The position numbers were made by a program, and so were the translations under genes. A DNA stretch of 63,069 bases, the filler included, from Octopus bimaculoides (taxonomy: Eukaryota): NCBI RefSeq assembly GCF_001194135.2. It is 3 parts of 3 records of this genome, joined end to end, with 100 filler letters (N's around TTAATTAATTAA, not from the genome) between each part and the next. Parts side by side here need not be neighbours in the genome. Positions count along the whole stretch, not along the records: positions 26,344 to 44,396 come from NC_068981.1; positions 44,497 to 63,069 come from NC_068982.1; 1 more part is not named here. One strand, written 5' to 3'. The notes below the pieces were generated by a model. The model saw nothing but the letters and a program-made list of their open reading frames with translations. It was not told where the DNA came from and did not search any database. Shown in pieces: positions 37,401-48,890 of this stretch. Position 1 is the stretch's first letter. Each line of letters begins with the position of its first letter.

Positions 37401-38679
37401 ATCTAACTTGGTCCTTCCCTCCTTCAAATAATAATAATAAAAAAGAAAAAACTCACAGCAACCCTGAGGTGGGTAGGAGACTCTTCTCTTAAAATAGAAA
37501 TGGTTTTGTCCCACTTTGCAGTTTTGTTCTCTATCTTGCAAAATTTCTCTTGGCAGCCCTGTTTCTATGTATTCTAATGCTTACACTTCAATTCTGACTT
37601 TATTTACTATCAGTTTTTTTTTTATTTTGAACCCCGCCTTTTTTTATAGGGAACTAAGTTACTGCTAATGTGGACTAAATTGTTGAATATCAAGTATCTT
37701 TAGCAAGGACAAAATAGTATACTGCTAATGAAATATGAACTGAAGACACTCCCAAATGTAATTCTCAGCAGTATTACTTAAGTACTACTATCACTATTTA
37801 GTTATTTGAAGTTTTGTTGCTGTGATATTTCTTTGAGCCTTATCATTTGGGGTGACACCTTCCTTGAAGTGAACTTTCCATCTCCCTGGTAAGTTGGTAA
37901 AATAATACCAGTAATAAACATGGGCTTGATTCTCATGTTGCTGGGTTTGACAAGCAAATTCATAACGCATTCCAATGAGATAATATGCCATATGGCAGAA
38001 AAATAGAACTAACCATTCATGTCAGAATGCAAAACCACATTTTAAAATGATGTTGATGATATTGTTGATGATAATTTTTTCTACCCTACTCCCACTTATC
38101 ATCTTTTTCCTCCTCTTCATCATCATCATCATCACCACCACCATTATCACAACCAGCACTGTTGTCATCGTTGTTTTCTTCATCATCCCCATTATTACCA
38201 TCATTATCCAACAGACGGTGATTCTCAAACATTCAGTAGATTGAATGACATGTTATATGTCTGGCACATAACCAATATAACTAACTTTATAAACATTTTA
38301 ATCCTTCACTATATATAAGTCACAAGCCATTCCTCCTCCCACTCTCCGCTCTATTCTATAAAAATCTATGGTTTGGCTCTGCTTGATCTTTCCAACATCA
38401 ATTTATAATCAGCTTTGCTCAACATTCTTTATGTCTGTTAAATCAACTACATTTTAAGTGCTCTGCTCATTTTTTTAATTCATTTTTATTATTCTTAATA
38501 TTACTATTATTTTTTGCTTTGTTTTATTTTTTTAACATTTAAATTAAACATTTCATTTTTTTTTATTAGATGTATCTTATCGATATTGGGAATGAAATGG
38601 TATAAAGTAAAGAAATGATTTTTCTTGCCTTTTAAATAGTGTTGTAGTAATGGTTTATTATTAATTTTACTATTACTAC

Positions 38680-39972
38680 AAGGTAGAGAATAGGCAGAAT
38701 CATTACAATGTTGAGCAAAATACCTTGTGATATTCGTTCTGTCGCTCTATATTCTGAGTTCAAATGCACAAAAGTCACTTCAAGGTTAATATAATAAATT
38801 ACTTGTCAAGTACTTAGTGGAGTTGGTATAACTGATTAAACTCCACCCCTCAAAATTGCTAGCCTTGTGTCTAAATTAGAAATAATTATTGCTATTATCA
38901 TGAAAAATCTCAGCTTTATTTTGCTGGGTATGATGGAACATGTCAGCTGTCCATGGCCAGCAGACTAAGGTGACACTACTAATTGGTCATGCATCAAAAA
39001 CCCTGTGGAGGACTGTTACAGTTTCAAACAATAATGAATTTTGGCAATGTTCTATCTTTACATTCATTCCCACCTTTTTGAGCCATGTTAATAGTTGGGT
39101 ACTGATAGTTCCAAGTGTACCAACTACTATTGGTATCATTATTAAGGTGGTGAGATGCCAGAACCATTAGCCCACCAATGCTTAGTGGCATTTCATCTGT
39201 CTTTATGTTCCAAGTTCAAATTCTGCTGAGATCGATTTTGTGTTTCATCCTTTCAGAGTGATAGAATAAATACCAGTTGTGTACTGGGGTAATGACTTAC
39301 TCCCTCCTCCAAAATTGTTGGCCTTGTGTCAAAATTTGAAACTATAACTATTATTGTTATTATTATTGTTGTTGTTGTGGCTGTTAAGGTTTTGAGTTGG
39401 CAGAATCATTAACATGTCAGACAAAATGCTCAGTGGTCTTTCATCTGTCTTTACATTCTGAGTTCAAATTCTGCTGAGACTGACTTTGACTTTCATCCTT
39501 TCTGAGTCGATATAATAAATACCAGTCAAATACTGGGGTCAGTGTAATTGGTCAGCTCCTTCTCCAAAATTTCAGATCTTGTGCCTATAATAGAATTATT
39601 ATTATTCTAAAGGGTAAAGACCTCCTTCGGTCATGAATGACCATGGGACAGCACCTAGAAAGCTCCCCTCTAAGGGACAAGTCCAGGCAAAGTTGTTTAT
39701 GGAAGACCAGCAGTCACCCATGCATACCAGCCTCCACCATCCATGCCATCAATATTATCCAAGGGAAAGGCTAATACAGCTTGGCACCAGTGATGTCACA
39801 CTCATTTCTACAGCTAAGGGAACTGGAGCAATATGAAATAGTGTCTTACTCAAGAGCACGACTCAGCCTAATTTGGGAATTGAACTCACTACCTCCTGAT
39901 TGTGAGCCCAATTTTCTAACCACTGTGCCATGCACCTTCGCATTGTTATTATTATTATCATTATCATCATCT

Positions 39973-40007
<35 letters not shown>

Positions 40008-40170
40008 GTTATTACATAAGGTGGAAAACTGGTAGAATTGTTACAATCCGGATGAAATACTCAGTGGTACTTCTACCAGCACTTTATGTTCTGGGTTCAA
40101 ATTCCACCAAGGTTGACTTTGCTTTTCATGCTTTCAGGATTATTGAAATAAGTACCATAACGAAATATTA
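38680..40170 (+). mobile_element. Array of SINE family B copies separated by (ATT)n, with Dong and SINE D insertions
   Basis: Heads ATTAAGG(T/C)GG.GAG.TGGCAGAATC at about 38680, 39142, 39385 and 40015, each preceded by (ATT)-like repeats. Confidence 0.75.
38885..39137 (-). mobile_element. R4/Dong-clade LINE 3' end (tail of the REL endonuclease domain)
   Basis: IPIVVGTLGTISTQLLTWLKKVGMNVKIEHCQNSLLFETVTVLHRVFDA* matches the xPxVIGALG...WL..LG...QK..LLGTA.ILR.VL pattern; short 3' UTR ends in (ATA)-like repeats. Confidence 0.75.
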
Positions 40171-40522
40171 TGACATCCAAATCCAATAGCCTAGTTTTTA
40201 TATATTAGATTCCTCTGAAATAGTATATAATACATTGCTGTCTTGATAAATACTTTTTTCCTGCTCATCTGTAAACAAGCCATTTATTTTATAATGCTAT
40301 ATTTATGTAAATTGCAAATATTTGTAGTGAAATAATTATAAATTGTAAAAATAACAACACCTCCAGTACTACAAACTACAACAACAATGAAGATGATTTC
40401 TAGCAATGATACAAAAAATTGAATTAGGTTTGTTTTGTTGCTTCTGTTATAGTTTAAACCCTAATTCCAATGTTCAATATCCTATCATTTTAGTAGACAC
40501 TAGGACTTTTCTTTTTTTAAAG

Positions 40523-40605
40523 ATGGCAGGGTATTATTTGAGGAAAGTCTGTCTACTGTTTCCAACACCTCTGAACAAAGTAGAAGCACATTCATTGAAT
40601 TGTGA
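40523..40605 (+). CDS. Candidate terminal coding exon
   Basis: Acceptor CTTTTCTTTTTTTAAAG, phase 1 (D)GRVLFEESLSTVSNTSEQSRSTFIEL*, ATTAAA about 40 nt after the stop; no recognised homology. Confidence 0.25.
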
Positions 40606-41018
40606 AACCCATTGTATTATTATCACATTGAATTACCAAACCCATTAAATTATGGTCACAAAAGGCTCTAGAAGAATGGAGAAGAAAGCTGACCATGACA
40701 GATTTGAACCTAGAATGAATGGCAGAATTGCAAAAAAGAAATAGAAAAAGACTTAGGAGAAGGAAGAAATATTTTGTGGAATTCTGAAATAGAAGAAGAC
40801 TTAGAAGAAGAAAGAATAAATATTTTGTGGAATTCTGAGAAAATCATGTGTGGCCTTATGAGAAATTTAGACAAATTTCCATGTTTATATCTGTAAGCAT
40901 ATAAACATGGAAGGAAAACTAAAGCTTTGCTACATATTTCTAGTTGTATATATAGTGGCCAGTGAAATTATGTGTGCAGTTATATAATAAATAGTTTACA
41001 CACATATACATATATGCA

Positions 41019-41054
<36 letters not shown>

Positions 41055-41061
<7 letters not shown>

Positions 41062-41960
41062 CCCTGACAGAAGATAAACTGTTTTTACTTCAAATTTTTA
41101 CAAATTTTTATTTAATAAGATGAGCTTCATCGTCAAAACTGGTAATATTTTCTTTATATAATTTTAAAATCATTTTATTAAATTCCTTCTCAAATTGAAA
41201 TTCTTAGATTTACTTCTCTGCTATTTCCACNNNNNNNNNNNNNNNNNNNNNNNNNNNNNNNNNNNNNNNNNNNNNNNNNNNNNNNNNNNNNNNNNNNNNN
41301 NNNNNNNNNNNNNNNNNNNNNNNNNNNNNNNNNNNNNNNNNNNNNNNNNNNNNNNNNNNNNNNNNNNNNNNNNNNNNNNNNNNNNNNNNNNNNNNNNNNN
41401 NNNNNNNNNNNNNNNNNNNNNNNNNNNNNNNNNNNNNNNNNNNNNNNNNNNNNNNNNNNNNNNNNNNNNNNNNNNNNNNNNNNNNNNNNNNNNNNNNNNN
41501 NNNNNNNNNNNNNNNNNNNNNNNNNNNNNNNNNNNNNNNNNNNNNNNNNNNNNNNNNNNNNNNNNNNNNNNNNNNNNNNNNNNNNNNNNNNNNNNNNNNN
41601 NNNNNNNNNNNNNNNNNNNNNNNNNNNNNNNNNNNNNNNNNNNNNNNNNNNNNNNNNNNNNNNNNNNNNNNNTTTCTCGTCTGGCCGTAAAGCCTTTTCT
41701 GTTTGTTTTCCTGTCTTGTTTTTTGTCCGCCACTACATTCCTCCATGGCTAGATTTAATTTGCGTATACAAATTTAATCTGCAATCCATGGGACGAGCCG
41801 TTTTAACGATGCGTCCTGCCCAAGCTCGTCGAAACGCCGGTGTTAAAACATGGGTAGCTGATGAAGTAGAATGTTCTCTATGTGGCTCGTGTATTCTCGT
41901 CTACGTTTGTTTGCAATGTCCTGTACCCAGATATGCACCTATACATACAGGTGGATGTCG
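41055..41960. mobile_element. Unclassified CpG-rich insertion next to (TA)n, Penelope-like motifs (spans a gap)
   Basis: GACGAGC/GCTCGTC stem followed by GAAACGCCGGT; CTGATGA at about 41858; CpG-rich inside a CpG-poor domain, so likely young. Confidence 0.3.
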
Positions 41961-42049
41961 GTATGCACATACCTGTACGTATATATGCATATACTCATTT
42001 ACTATTTGTTTATACATATACATACATACATACTCATACATAGGGTGCA

Positions 42050-42835
42050 AGGGGTATTTGAGAACACCTAATTAGCAGTATGTTACTCTCTTCACATGAA
42101 TTAAAAGAGTTTACTTTTTTTAGATATCCCATGGCAGACAAAATGCTAACACAAGAAATGAAAAAATCTGCAATGATTGTTGCCATATGAGTAAAACACT
42201 GTTGCAAAATCTTTTGTACACAAAATTTGGATGGAATTGGAAGCATCAGGTAGGAATGTTTCAACTGTATCAAAGAGAAAGAGAAAAACTTTCTAATCAT
42301 TTGGACACTGTAAAGTCACTGCAATTTATCCAACAGGTTTAAAACATTATTGATGATGATCCTAGGAAATCAGTGAGAGCTATCACCTAAGAACTTCAGG
42401 TGTCTGAGTGGGCTATCAAACCTGTGGTACATAGCGGATATTCCATACAAATTATATGCACTGAGGAGCAGACAGTTTATGTCTGTAAAGACATTTGATC
42501 TGTGCCAAGCAGTTACTTAACAAGGTTAAAAACAGTCACCAGCATGGCATTCTTTGGTTCTCTGAGCAAAAGCCTAACAGGAGAAATTACAAATGGTTAT
42601 GTAAAGATCCTTCTGATGTTCTGGCTGATGCTCACACAGTTTCCAGCAATTGTAATGGTTTTAGGAATGGTGAGTAATGAAGATCATGTCATGCCACCTC
42701 ACATCTTTCCAAAGGCTCTAAGAATTTATGCTGCTCGATACAATTGTTGAACCTTGGATGGATGAAATATGAACTAGAAAGCCATATCTGTTTCAACAAA
42801 ACTCAGCAACATCTCACAAAGCCCACATAACTAGA
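42050..42835 (+). pseudogene. Tc1/mariner (maT/DD37D-like) transposase pseudogene
   Basis: IIDDDPRKSVRAIT.ELQVSE...GILWFS...NRRNYKWLCKDPSDV...FPAIVMVLGMVSNEDHVMPPHIFP..LR...IVEPWMD...KPYLFQQNSATSHKAH, with stops and frameshifts. Confidence 0.85.
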
Positions 42836-43219
42836 TTTAGATATAGTGGGACCCTGGGCTAATACATTTTAGGATTCCCTATGATTTTGTGTATGTAAAT
42901 TTTTAACTGCTTAGATGTAAACAACAGGAATGTCCATTGCAAAAACAAATATAACATTGCAAATAATCTAAATACAAACAACGTTAATAATTCCATATCA
43001 ATTTTGGATTATCCTAAAATTTTTTTTTGCATATTCCATAACATTGATGGCTGCCTGCATTTCATAGTTTCTGACATGTTGATGTTACGTAGTTTATTTA
43101 TTTGGAGAAAGTACTGCTGTTATCTTATATCAGAAGAAAACGTGTGTTTAAAGTATTTTTTAAAATGCACTTCTTAAAAAAGAGCTAAAAAAATTCCTTT
43201 GGAAACAATTCAAACTTTG

Positions 43220-43339
43220 TACAAGTGCATACTTCATAAAATTCAGGCTGTAATTACTGCGAAAGGTGGTCCCATCTCATATTAAAATAAATTTGTTTGA
43301 AATTTTAAGGTGATTCCATTATTTTGTCCAGCCCCTGTA
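43220..43339 (+). mobile_element. Tc1-like 3' end with TIR
   Basis: IQAVITAKGGPISY* then ATTATTTTGTCCAGCCCCTG-TA. Confidence 0.75.
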
Positions 43340-43384
43340 TATATGCATACATATAATCATATATGTGCATAAACACACACATTC

Positions 43385-43545
43385 ACCATGATAGATCGCT
43401 AGCTACTAAGCATTTATCTATTTTCTCTCCCTATTTATTTCTGTGTTCCTTTCTGTCAAAGAGCGTAGGCTTGAAACCTTAAAGACTTTCTCACTTCCCG
43501 AGCATTAAACTAATATATCTGTTTGTTGTTTACACACCCTTCTTC
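43385..43545 (+). mobile_element. Penelope-like element with hammerhead motif (sister of 19456-19646)
   Basis: CTTT-CTGTCAA-A-GAGC-GTAG-GCTT-GAAAC-CTT-AAAG at 43449-43484. Confidence 0.65.
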
Positions 43546-43860
43546 ATTTTTTTTTTTTTTTAATAAATTCTCACTGTACATATGTGTACAGGTATATTCA
43601 TATACATATATATATGCACATGTATATATATNNNNNNNNNNNNNNNNNNNNNNNNNNNNNNNNNNNNNNNNNNNNNNNNNNNNNNNNNNNNNNNNNNNNN
43701 NNNNNNNNNNNNNNNNNNNNNNNNNNNNNNNNNNNNNNNNNNNNNNNNNNNNNNNNNNNNNNNNNNNNNNNNNNNNNNNNNNNNNNNNNNNNNNNNNNNN
43801 NNNNNNNNNNNNNNNNNNNNNNNNNNNNNNNNNNNNNNNNNNNNNNNNNNNNNNNNNNNN

Positions 43861-43893
<33 letters not shown>

Positions 43894-44056
43894 TATATAT
43901 ATATATGTATATATATGCATATTTATATATATAGAACATAATTGTGCTATACACATATATATGCATATTTATATATTTAGAACATAATTGTGCTATACAT
44001 ATACATATATATATGCATATGTATATATATACACAAATATATATGATTATAAAAAT

Positions 44057-44363
44057 CAAACTCGCATCTCATAACAGCAATATGGAACGATTATTTCACC
44101 TCAATGGGCCCTGCTCTCTATAACATTGCACCAAAACGCATGAAAGTAGAAACAGACCCATAAAGTTCAAGAAGTCTCTGGACAAATTCCTTCAAGAAAT
44201 CCTGGACAAACCTCCTACACTCAGACATGTCTCCATAAACAATAACTCCCTACTTGAGTGGGCCATGTTGTACTATTCCTAATTTGAATGATTTTGCCAA
44301 GTGGTACTATTAAGTTAAAGATGGCCTGGGCAAATACTGGCTGAAAACTAACAAAGTATGAAA

Positions 44364-44365
<2 letters not shown>
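44057..44365 (+). mobile_element. CR1-clade LINE 3' end
   Basis: FTSMGPALYNIAPK...KFKKSLDKFLQEILDKPP...SINNNSLLEW, then a 3' UTR with ATGGCC...TGGCTGAAAAC. Confidence 0.8.
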
Positions 44366-44396
<31 letters not shown>

Positions 44397-44496
44397 NNNN
44401 NNNNNNNNNNNNNNNNNNNNNNNNNNNNNNNNNNNNNNNNTTAATTAATTAANNNNNNNNNNNNNNNNNNNNNNNNNNNNNNNNNNNNNNNNNNNN
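44397..44496. other. Artificial scaffold linker N44-TTAATTAATTAA-N44
   Basis: Identical to 26244-26343. Confidence 0.95.
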
Positions 44497-46004
44497 TAAT
44501 TAATAAAGCAAGCGTTTCCCGCTCAATTCATTCTCTTTCACGCTGGCCAGCGATTGAGCATGGACGTATGTTTAAAAGCTGTCTCTACATCTTTCGGTCT
44601 TATACTCGACAGCTAGTTATTCTCACCTCTAAAGATGTATAACTAAAGATATGTATGTTTTACCAAGTAAATAAATGTTGTTTAAGTTGTTTAGTCTGGA
44701 GTTCAGCGTTCCGTCAATTTCTTCAATTTTATAGTAGAAAGTCAGGTATACAATCTAAAGATGTATAACCCACTTTCTACTAAAACTATAACTGTTATTG
44801 TACCAGGAAGTTTTGACTCTGCGACTCCTCAGATGAACGAAATCCTTACAGTTTTCTTGCCTTATAACTCTTTCGGCGCACACAACTGCAACAGAACATC
44901 ATGACTCCTTTAAACTTAATACAAACCTCTCTACACTTGTCATCTGCAAAATAAAACAGAATATTCTACATCAAGAACACAATTTTATTACTTTCCGACT
45001 CGCATCCATACTCTAAACATTGTATATTATTTTATTCTGGTCCATCAAACTGGCTATATTTCCATCTACGGAAATCGAATAAAATTATTTTATCTGCTAG
45101 TTTACATTTTGTTATTTTGGTCAAATTTGTTTTCAACACCACCACGAAATTGATAGTTTCTTTCTTTTTTGCCTTTTATTTCATTTTAATGGCTTGGTTA
45201 GCGGAAGTAGGGCAGCCCTTAAAACTCATTTTAGAACCTCTAAGACAGTGGGAGATGGAAAAGGCTATTCTCAGACACCAGATACCTGGCTCGGACGCTT
45301 TCAACGAAGTGGACTCTGCTAGAAGCACCTCCCGCAAAAAAAAAAAAAAAGCAGTAGCTTTAAACCAGGCGACAAATTAAGTTTACCAGCCAAGAACTGG
45401 AATGATCCTCCGATAAGGGTTTGCTCAGCCCCAGGTTCTTGTAGAGGACATTTTCTCAAGGTGTCANNNNNNNNNNNNNNNNNNNNNNNNNNNNNNNNNN
45501 NNNNNNNTCGACCCCGAAACCATATGTTGAGATGCAAACGTCTTAACCACAAAGACTTGTCCATAATTAAATAATGGTTGTTGTAATTTTTTTCTGACGT
45601 TACTTAAAATAAACTAATCAATCACGTTAAACAGCTTTAATTAAAATAAAGTATTGTGGTACGAGTTATTGTGTTTAATTTCAGTAATATTAATTAACTT
45701 GTTTCTTTCTTATGACATTCTTGTACAAATAAACAAATTAAAAGATAAGAAACAAATGCCAGATTACATAAGAACTTTTTTTTTTCTTTTGTAATTAATT
45801 AATATAAAAGCGGTAGCATGACGGGTTCAATATTAGATAAAATAGTTTGTGCAATGTATGTTCTCTGTAAATCCCGTTGACTTTGTCTTTCCACTTTACG
45901 ATATTGATAGAACAAGGTACTAGGAAATATTAAACTCTCCCACTAGTTCTGGAGCCTTATTCCAATCTTAGAAATTGTTATTATATGATTAACTGAACAC
46001 CCAA

Positions 46005-46275
46005 TTATACTAGCGATAACAAAGACGGAGGAGAACCGCCAGAGGCTCATGTATGTCATTTAGCGAAGGAATGGCCCTTCTCTGGATGCTGCCCAGTATG
46101 TAACAGTAGCAACGTACCAAATGTGGGGGCAGTATTCCGTTGCGGGCCCACTTGATCCTTGTAGAGTGTTAGTAGTTGATGAGAGCTGAAATATCTTCTG
46201 GTCTCAGAGAGCAGGGCTAGTCTTTAGCTAGGATGTGCTTTCACCAGGAAAGACCCTTGTTGTTGAGGCCCTGCA
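46005..46275 (-). mobile_element. CR1-group (Zenon-like) LINE RT C-terminal fragment
   Basis: LSW*KHILAK...LYKDQVGP/TEYCPHIW...IQRRAI...PLAV...LCYR*Y matches LYKxQVRPxMEYCSHxW...IQRRAxR. Confidence 0.7.
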
Positions 46276-46309
46276 TTTAGAGTATAACGGAGGTGATAAG
46301 TGAGGGAAA

Positions 46310-46788
46310 TGTCGAAAATGATATACGACTTGAGATGAAATGAACTAGTAAGCGAAGATTTATTCTCCGTTATAAAATACAATGATTACCATACATGAAA
46401 TAAAATAACATAACAGGTTACAGCAAGGATGTATGAGAAACTTCGTGGTTAGGTTGGACTATTGACAAAGTTGACATACTGTTTGGTTGTGTGGAGGTAT
46501 ATTGGTCTGTTGGTCTTCATACAGCAATGATATGGGCAGGTGTCTGGTGTAGATGAAAGCAGAAACTGGCTGGTATCAGATACATCGTTGCCGGAGACTA
46601 GTTGCGTTTGGTCAGTAGTGAGTGCCAAAAACGAAGCGTAGTCAAGAGATGCCGTTCATATGGGGAATAGTAGGCTCCCAGGATACTAGACACTGGATGG
46701 TTTCCGTGTTGAAGCTCCTAGGAGCTTGTTCACAGGTCCTTTTCTACTAGTACAATTAATTTGTCCTGTGTGGTACAACACTTCGACA
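46310..46788 (-). mobile_element. Possible solo LTR
   Basis: TGTCGAA...TTCGACA 7-bp terminal inverted repeats, minus-strand AATAAA about 60 nt from the end; no TSD found. Confidence 0.35.
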
Positions 46789-47269
46789 GTTGTAGCTAAT
46801 AGTAACAGACAGGGTCAAATTTTACAGAACCTGGTGATTAATTTCCCGCGTAAGGAAAAAACAAACTGTTGCGCCAACGCGATTGGACAGTTGGAAACCG
46901 ACCAATACAAACAACAGGTTCGTTTAATCACGAGGTCATGTGACCAGCTGGAACGAAAAGGGCTTGTGGAGCCGATATTCGGGTAATTAAGCCTAGATGA
47001 GTCAAAACGAAGACATCTTACACAATGACAGTGTAAATCACTTCTGCAGCACATTTGTGACCGGTTTCAGTTTTGCCTGAGGGTAACTACAATGTGTAGC
47101 AACATTTGCTCAGAAGTCGAGGTAAATGGTTATCTATAGGAATCGTTTAGAATCATGTGTACGGTCCGTCAACCCTCTCACCCCTTCTCTGGCACAAGAC
47201 CAAACCAGACCTCTATATCTATATATGAACTGAGGCAAGGTGATATGCAGGATGGCTAAGCTCACCGAG

Positions 47270-47790
47270 AAAGGGGGCGAGAGGAAGGTATCCTTAAAGG
47301 GTTAGGTGGAAATGGTAGACGCCTACATCGCATTCATCATCAACTACTGCCTAGCAGTCGTCTCTTACCCTGCTTCATAACTAACCAGACTGGAGCCCTT
47401 GTTCTTCCACTTTCTACGGAAGGATAGGTTCCTCTGGTTAGACGAGCCATTTGCTGATAACCACTACATGAAGGGTTGGGTATGCTGGGTTAATAATGTG
47501 CAGGCATGTACTGAAACTATATTTCCAGCAGTTACTGGACTATGAGCAATAGTGGTAGAGGTTTGTCAGACGGGTATTTTCTCAAACTGTTTCGAGACAG
47601 AATTTCAGTCCTGGATCAAGCATAGATCGAGATAGGGTGCTAGCACCTACAAAGTCGTTAGGCGCTCATACATCTCTGCTAACGGATAATGCAGTCGGTC
47701 GAAGCTCTACTATAGCGTTCTACAGAGGATTAGAGGTGGGCAAAGCGATGACGTCTTTGGTGAGACCCTCGACGTTGTAAATTAATTGGC
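47270..47790 (+). mobile_element. Tx1/L1-clade LINE ORF2 fragment, decayed
   Basis: ERKVSLKG*VEMVDAYIAFIINYCLAVV...LTRLEPLFFHFLRK/VPLVRRAIC..PLHEGLGM matches RxLSLKGR...F.FLW.G...VRR.I...GGLG. Confidence 0.75.
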
Positions 47791-47834
47791 TGGTCAATTC
47801 TGGAGGACTTGTTTCATTGATAATTGGAGATAAT

Positions 47835-48890
47835 TGTTATAAAAACAATGGTTGGCAGAATCGTTAGAGCGTTGAACAAAATGCTTTGTGGTATTTCTCC
47901 CGACTCTACTCTCTGAGTTCGAATCCCGCCAAAGTCAACTGTATCTTCCATCCTTTCGCGGGGGTCGATAAAATAAAGTACTAGCCATGTACTGAGATCA
48001 ATATAATCGTACGACGGCGAGCTGGCAGAATTGTTACTGTGCCGGACAAAATGCTTATCGGCATTTCTTCCGACTTCACTTTCTGAGTCAAATTCCGCCA
48101 GGGTCGATTTTGCCTTTCATCCTTTCTGGGTCCATATCAGATAAGTACCAGTTGAACACTGGGATTGGTAAGACAAGTACCAGTTAAGCCCTGAGGTCGG
48201 TGTAATCGACTTACCCCTCTCTAGAAATTGCTGGCCTTGTGTCAAAATTTGAAACCAACATAATCGATTAATTCCTCTCCTCGAAAGTGATGAGTTTATA
48301 CCTAAATTAGAAGCAATCATTCAAGTCCGGTAAAGGCGGCATGCGAGCAAATTGGTTATAACGTGGGAAAAAATGCGACGCAGTATTTGTACTGGTTCTT
48401 TACATAGTGAGTTCAAATTTCGCCAAAGTCAGCTTTGCCTCCTGGAATAAAATAAAATACCACTCAAATACTGGAATCGATGATACCGACATGTCCCCTT
48501 CCCTCAAAATTACTGGCCCTGTGCCAGTAATATTGGAAAACATAATTTGCCGCAGTCGTGCCTCTTTCTTTCGTGATCAGCAAAAGGAATACCAATGAAT
48601 TACTGAAGACAAAGTAATTGCTACAACTCTCCCCTAATAAATAGCTTCGTGCTTCTATCGGAAACTACTAATAATTCATATATTCTGTAGAAAGACAGAC
48701 AAAATATTTTGCCGTATTAAGTTGTGTCCCTTTAAGTCCCCTGTTCAAATTCTGCTGTGGTTGACTTCGTCTTTCAATTTTTCTGAGGTCGACGAAAGAG
48801 AATATCAATCAAGTATCGAGGTCGATGTCATCAACTATGGATTCTTTTCTTAATAAAATTTCTGGTTTCGCACTTGTGTAACAAATCATT
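47835..48890 (+). mobile_element. Head-to-tail array of about 4-5 SINE family B copies
   Basis: GGCAGAAT.GTTA heads at about 47850 and 48015, with further GAGTTCAAATT/GTTCAAATTC B-boxes at about 48410 and 48742. Confidence 0.75.
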
